The translations under genes were made by a program, and so were the position numbers. A model generated the notes under the pieces. The model had not been told where the DNA came from. It worked only from the letters and a program-made list of their open reading frames with translations, and did no database searches. A DNA stretch of 40,055 nt, taken from the IMG/VR virus record IMGVR_UViG_3300025846_000006, positions 1 through 40,055 of that record. One strand, 5' to 3'. Source of the stretch: a virus. Shown here in pieces: positions 36,839 through 40,055 of this stretch (positions are counted from its first letter, which is position 1; every line of letters starts with the position of its first letter).

Positions 36839-39643
36839 TTACACTCTTCCTAAGCCGTTTACGGCCGAGCCGACGCCAGGTGCTACCTGACGTACTGCGA
36901 ACGTGAGCATGTCCAGTTTCAGGCCGAGTTGCCGCAGGAGAGCGTCGTTGGAGCCTCCCATCTGCTTGGCGAACGATGACGCCTGAGACTGTGGTACGAC
37001 CGCCTCAGGGCCATTCTCTGCGATGAGTGCGATGTGGGGTGTCGTGAAATAGCCACCGTTGGCGTGCGCCATGAGGGACCTGCCACTACCACCGCCGAAC
37101 GAGGCAGACTGCAAGCCCGCACTTACGTTGGAAGCCACGGCAGCCTTGGCAGCCACGGTGACAGGATTCGCAGTACTGCCAAGAATCCCAGTGGAAGCGA
37201 TGGCAGCTCTGTAATCGGCTGCGAAAGCATTGCCCGCCGCGGCCCCCATACTCGCAAACTCTGGAAGGTGACTTTCCAATGTCTTGATAATGTCGATTGT
37301 CGTCGTATTCGCCAGCAGTTCTTCGGCCTCAGCATTGACATTCGCTGCCGCCATTTTTTGGTCATAGAAGGTGACGATCGACGCAATCATGCCCGTGCTG
37401 GAGTTGTTGTACTTATCGGCAACTGTTTCCTGCTCTTTTTTCAAACTCGCAAGCTGGTTTTGGTAGGCTTCCTCATTTACCGCATCCATAAGAGCCTTTG
37501 ATGCAGCCGCCCGATCCTCTTCAGTCGTGGCGTTCGCAAAATTGGCGGCAAGTCCTGCCATCTTGTCCGATTGTGCTGCCTTATCATGTTGCCCCGTCAG
37601 GTCACTAATCTGAGTATTGATGGCGGCAAGACGTGCATCACGTTCGTCTTTCAACTGTTTGACGGCAGCATTTTCTCGGATCTGGTAGTTGTCGACGATG
37701 GTCTGCGTGAGGGTCGTGACAGCGTCCTTCTCTTTGCTCGCATAATCAGCTACAGAGGCGAGATATTTGTCCTGTGCTTCCTTGTCGGCTGCTGCCTTTT
37801 CCTTCCGGGCATCGTCATAGACTTTCTTTGAGGCTAGCACATAGACCTTGTCGGCTTCTAACTTCGAACCCCCATCGGCGATTGCCGCATCACGTTCTTT
37901 TGCCAGGTCATAGATTTGGCCCTCGACCGCCGTATGACTGAGCTTGTAGCTCTTGTCGTTCAGATCAGCATTAATCCCGAGGATTTTTGCAGCCTCCTCA
38001 GAAGTCTTTTTGGTTGCAGCCTCAGTCAGTTTACCTGCAGCATCGGCAGCATCCTTATTGGCCGCAGCCTTGGCAACCTTTACCCACGTGGCGACCTGGA
38101 CCGCATTCTTTCCGGCAGCGAGGTCGGCGGCGGCCGTAACATCAATGGCATGAAGCTTGGCCTGCAGCACCGAGTGCGTGAGATCATAAATCTTGTTTGC
38201 TAAATCTGCATCCTGCGCCACTGTTTTGGCGTTGTTGGCCACCGTCTTTGCATATTCGTCTTGTTTCTCTTTGGCATATGCTACCGACGTCGCGTTGCGT
38301 GAGGCAAGGGCAGTCTTAGCTAGATCATCATTCTGCTGTTTGATCGCATCGACATACTTTTGATGACCTGCCACACGTGAGGCATAATAGGCTGTTGGAT
38401 CCTGACCTGCATCGGTCATGGAAGTTCCGGTATTTCGCGTCTCGGTATCATATGCAGCCATTCCCGCCGCAGTCATAGAGTTCAAGAGCGCCTTTTGCTG
38501 GTTCAGCTTCTCTATCAGGTACACAACGCCCGCAGTCAATGTAGCAACGGCCCCGATAATCAATGCGATCGGACCAAGGGCAGCAATCGAAGCGGCAGAA
38601 CCAAAGAGTTTGATTGCAGTAGCGGCAAGGGTGACGTAGGTTGAAACAATCTTGAAACCCACGAATGCCCCAACAACGGCAGCCACAACGGGAACAATCG
38701 CCTGCCAGTTCTTGGCGATCCACGTGGCGATATTCACGAGCCATTCGAAGACGATCTTGGCGCCGTTGAAGAACGCGGTGATTGCTTGGCCGACATCGGA
38801 AGCCCACCGTTGCAACGAACCATTTGCCTTCCACTCGTCGATCTTGGCGATGATCATGGTGACCGCTTTCTTGAAAGTGTCAGCCAGCCCGCCCGCCAGG
38901 ATGTCACCTTGATCTGTAACCCCTGCAATGGTCCTCAGAGCATCGTCAGCTGCGTCCTGGAGACGTGTTTTCAACCCACTGATACTATTGGCCTGCTTGT
39001 TGGCACCATCGGCAAAGCGTTTGTCCATGAGGGACAACAGAGCCGCATTGTAGGCTGCCTCGTTGACGATGGTACCCTTTTCGTTCGCAATTTGTATTCC
39101 TTGCTCTGTCGCCGCGCCCTCTGCGAGGACCGCAGCCTTCGTTATGCCATAGGAGGCCAAGGCCTTGACCCGACCCTGCAGGAACGCGCCAAAGGCCTCG
39201 GCGGCCCCGGCCACGTCCTTGTTGGTAGCTGCCGCCATATTCGCAACCTGCGGCAAGACTGTTTGCGCATCCTGCCCGAACTTCTCCAACGCTACGGTAG
39301 CCGCAAGGAGCTGTTCATCAGTGAAAGGAGTTTTTGAGGCCAGATTTATGGCGCTCGCTACCGCCTCGCCCGCTGCCTTACTACTGCCCATAAGAGTGTC
39401 CAAGGAGAGCCGGTACTGTTCGATTTTTGCCGCGCTCACCAGGGCTGCAGTTCCGCCGCCGACAAAAGCGCCAATCATCGCAACGCCCACTACCTTAATG
39501 GCGTTACCAATGGCGTCAAAGGCGGGCGATAGAACCTTTACGTCATTCGAAAAACCCTTAAGTTGAGTCGAGGCCTTTTTGAGGTTCGATTCGAACTCAG
39601 CGGTATTTGCGCCGATGCTGACTATGAGCTTGGCGAGAGTCAT
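36839..39643 (-). CDS. Tail tape measure protein
   Basis: 934 aa, Ala/Lys-rich and helical, with a central hydrophobic block (IVPVVAAVVGAFVGFKIV...IALIIGAVATLTAGVVYLI). AGGAGG-N8-ATG. It follows the G/GT chaperone. Confidence 0.9.
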   Translation of the reverse strand: MTLAKLIVSIGANTAEFESNLKKASTQLKGFSNDVKVLSPAFDAIGNAIKVVGVAMIGAFVGGGTAALVSAAKIEQYRLSLDTLMGSSKAAGEAVASAINLASKTPFTDEQLLAATVALEKFGQDAQTVLPQVANMAAATNKDVAGAAEAFGAFLQGRVKALASYGITKAAVLAEGAATEQGIQIANEKGTIVNEAAYNAALLSLMDKRFADGANKQANSISGLKTRLQDAADDALRTIAGVTDQGDILAGGLADTFKKAVTMIIAKIDEWKANGSLQRWASDVGQAITAFFNGAKIVFEWLVNIATWIAKNWQAIVPVVAAVVGAFVGFKIVSTYVTLAATAIKLFGSAASIAALGPIALIIGAVATLTAGVVYLIEKLNQQKALLNSMTAAGMAAYDTETRNTGTSMTDAGQDPTAYYASRVAGHQKYVDAIKQQNDDLAKTALASRNATSVAYAKEKQDEYAKTVANNAKTVAQDADLANKIYDLTHSVLQAKLHAIDVTAAADLAAGKNAVQVATWVKVAKAAANKDAADAAGKLTEAATKKTSEEAAKILGINADLNDKSYKLSHTAVEGQIYDLAKERDAAIADGGSKLEADKVYVLASKKVYDDARKEKAAADKEAQDKYLASVADYASKEKDAVTTLTQTIVDNYQIRENAAVKQLKDERDARLAAINTQISDLTGQHDKAAQSDKMAGLAANFANATTEEDRAAASKALMDAVNEEAYQNQLASLKKEQETVADKYNNSSTGMIASIVTFYDQKMAAANVNAEAEELLANTTTIDIIKTLESHLPEFASMGAAAGNAFAADYRAAIASTGILGSTANPVTVAAKAAVASNVSAGLQSASFGGGSGRSLMAHANGGYFTTPHIALIAENGPEAVVPQSQASSFAKQMGGSNDALLRQLGLKLDMLTFAVRQVAPGVGSAVNGLGRV

Positions 39644-39672
39644 TTCACTAACCTCCTACCATAACAACCACT

Positions 39673-40017
39673 TCAGTTCACAACTCGTGTGCCCTTAAAC
39701 CCGTCGACAAGCATATCCACCATCGCAAGCATCTGCTCAGGGGTCTGCCCCTGTTTCACCGGCCGGTCATAGAGTAGGAAATCGGCCAGTTCAACTGGAT
39801 TGCTATCAGAAGATCGCTGCATATTCACCATGACCTCACAAATCTTTGCAGCCTGATAATCTGCTGCCACTTCAGCCCGATGTTCACGTGCGTCAAATGC
39901 CTTCCACAACTCTTGCCATTCCAGCGGCGTGCAGGTCAGGAATTCGTCGTTGGTAAGTCCGAAGGTGACGCGGGCAATTCCCCAGAGCTCGGTAGCACTG
40001 GGGTCGCTGCGTTTGGG
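39673..40017 (-). CDS. gpT-like -1 frame extension of the tail assembly chaperone (G-T fusion C-terminal part)
   Basis: The frame is exactly -1 relative to 8..595 after closing the circle. The only independent start is a TTG at 39909 without a Shine-Dalgarno (SD). The frame stays open upstream to the slippery site. It sits immediately upstream of the tape measure gene, the canonical G/GT arrangement. Confidence 0.6.
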   Translation of the reverse strand, partial: PKRSDPSATELWGIARVTFGLTNDEFLTCTPLEWQELWKAFDAREHRAEVAADYQAAKICEVMVNMQRSSDSNPVELADFLLYDRPVKQGQTPEQMLAMVDMLVDGFKGTRVVN

Positions 40018-40055
40018 TCCGCACCCTCCGTGTCCTTCCCCGCCTTCATCGCATG
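39929..40055. repeat. Terminal direct repeat copy 2 (identical to 1..127)
   Basis: Exact 127-bp identity with the window start. 127 is a common maximal assembler k-mer. Confidence 0.9.
40011..40017 (-). promoter_or_regulatory. Same slippery heptamer C_CCA_AAC (copy in the 3' terminal repeat, contiguous with the T-frame ORF)
   Basis: Plus strand gtttggg. The -1 frame continues as PKRSDPSATELWGIARVTFGLTNDEFLTCTPLEWQELWKAF... Confidence 0.55.

Overview
The window is a complete, circularly closed phage genome. Bases 1..127 are identical to 39929..40055, which looks like an assembly overlap, so the unique length is 39,928 bp. It is an HK97-like siphovirus with about 65 genes. Every gene I can support is on the minus strand, and many are linked by ATGA/GTGA stop-start overlaps.

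Modules in minus-strand transcription order:
- Isolated endonuclease VII cassette (27.9-28.4 kb).
- Partition cassette: small ORF, ParA, then an RHH ParG-like protein (26.1-27.2 kb).
- Early region (19.4-25.9 kb): small ORFs, XRE HTH, HNH, a RecT/Red-beta-like annealase, many Cys-rich small proteins and a Gp37/Gp68 (DUF5131) protein.
- Replication and accessory block (11.1-19.1 kb): DnaD-like organizer, DnaC-like loader, Bro-N/KilAC antirepressor, an NrdD C-terminal-like mini-protein, a NinG-like protein, a 3D-domain protein, a Cys-rich 332-aa protein and an AP2-domain protein.
- Packaging and head (2.5-10.1 kb): HNH, P27-family TerS, TerL, portal, S78 protease and HK97 capsid protein.
- Neck and tail (wrapping the junction, 0-2.5 kb and 32.4-40 kb): major tail protein, G/G-T chaperone with a -1 frameshift, tape measure, and CBM-bearing distal tail proteins.
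- Lysis (30.3-32.1 kb).
- A terminator-bounded two-gene cassette: an HTH-metallophosphoesterase fusion plus a minimal HExxH peptidase (28.7-30.2 kb).

No integrase, protelomerase, tRNA or CRISPR array was recognised. The ParA cassette suggests a phage-plasmid lifestyle.

Most interesting observations:
1. A conserved 14-nt start-associated box, TAGCAGACTTGGGG (5 exact copies and about 5 variants), sits just upstream of a subset of early genes.
2. The HTH-phosphoesterase and peptidase cassette.
3. A stand-alone NrdD-type glycyl-radical tail that could act as a spare part.
4. A 645-bp AT-rich, repeat-dense non-coding region next to the par genes.
5. Tandem 10-bp and 6-bp repeats inside the replication organizer gene.

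All family assignments come from motif recognition by eye. No database search or computation was run.
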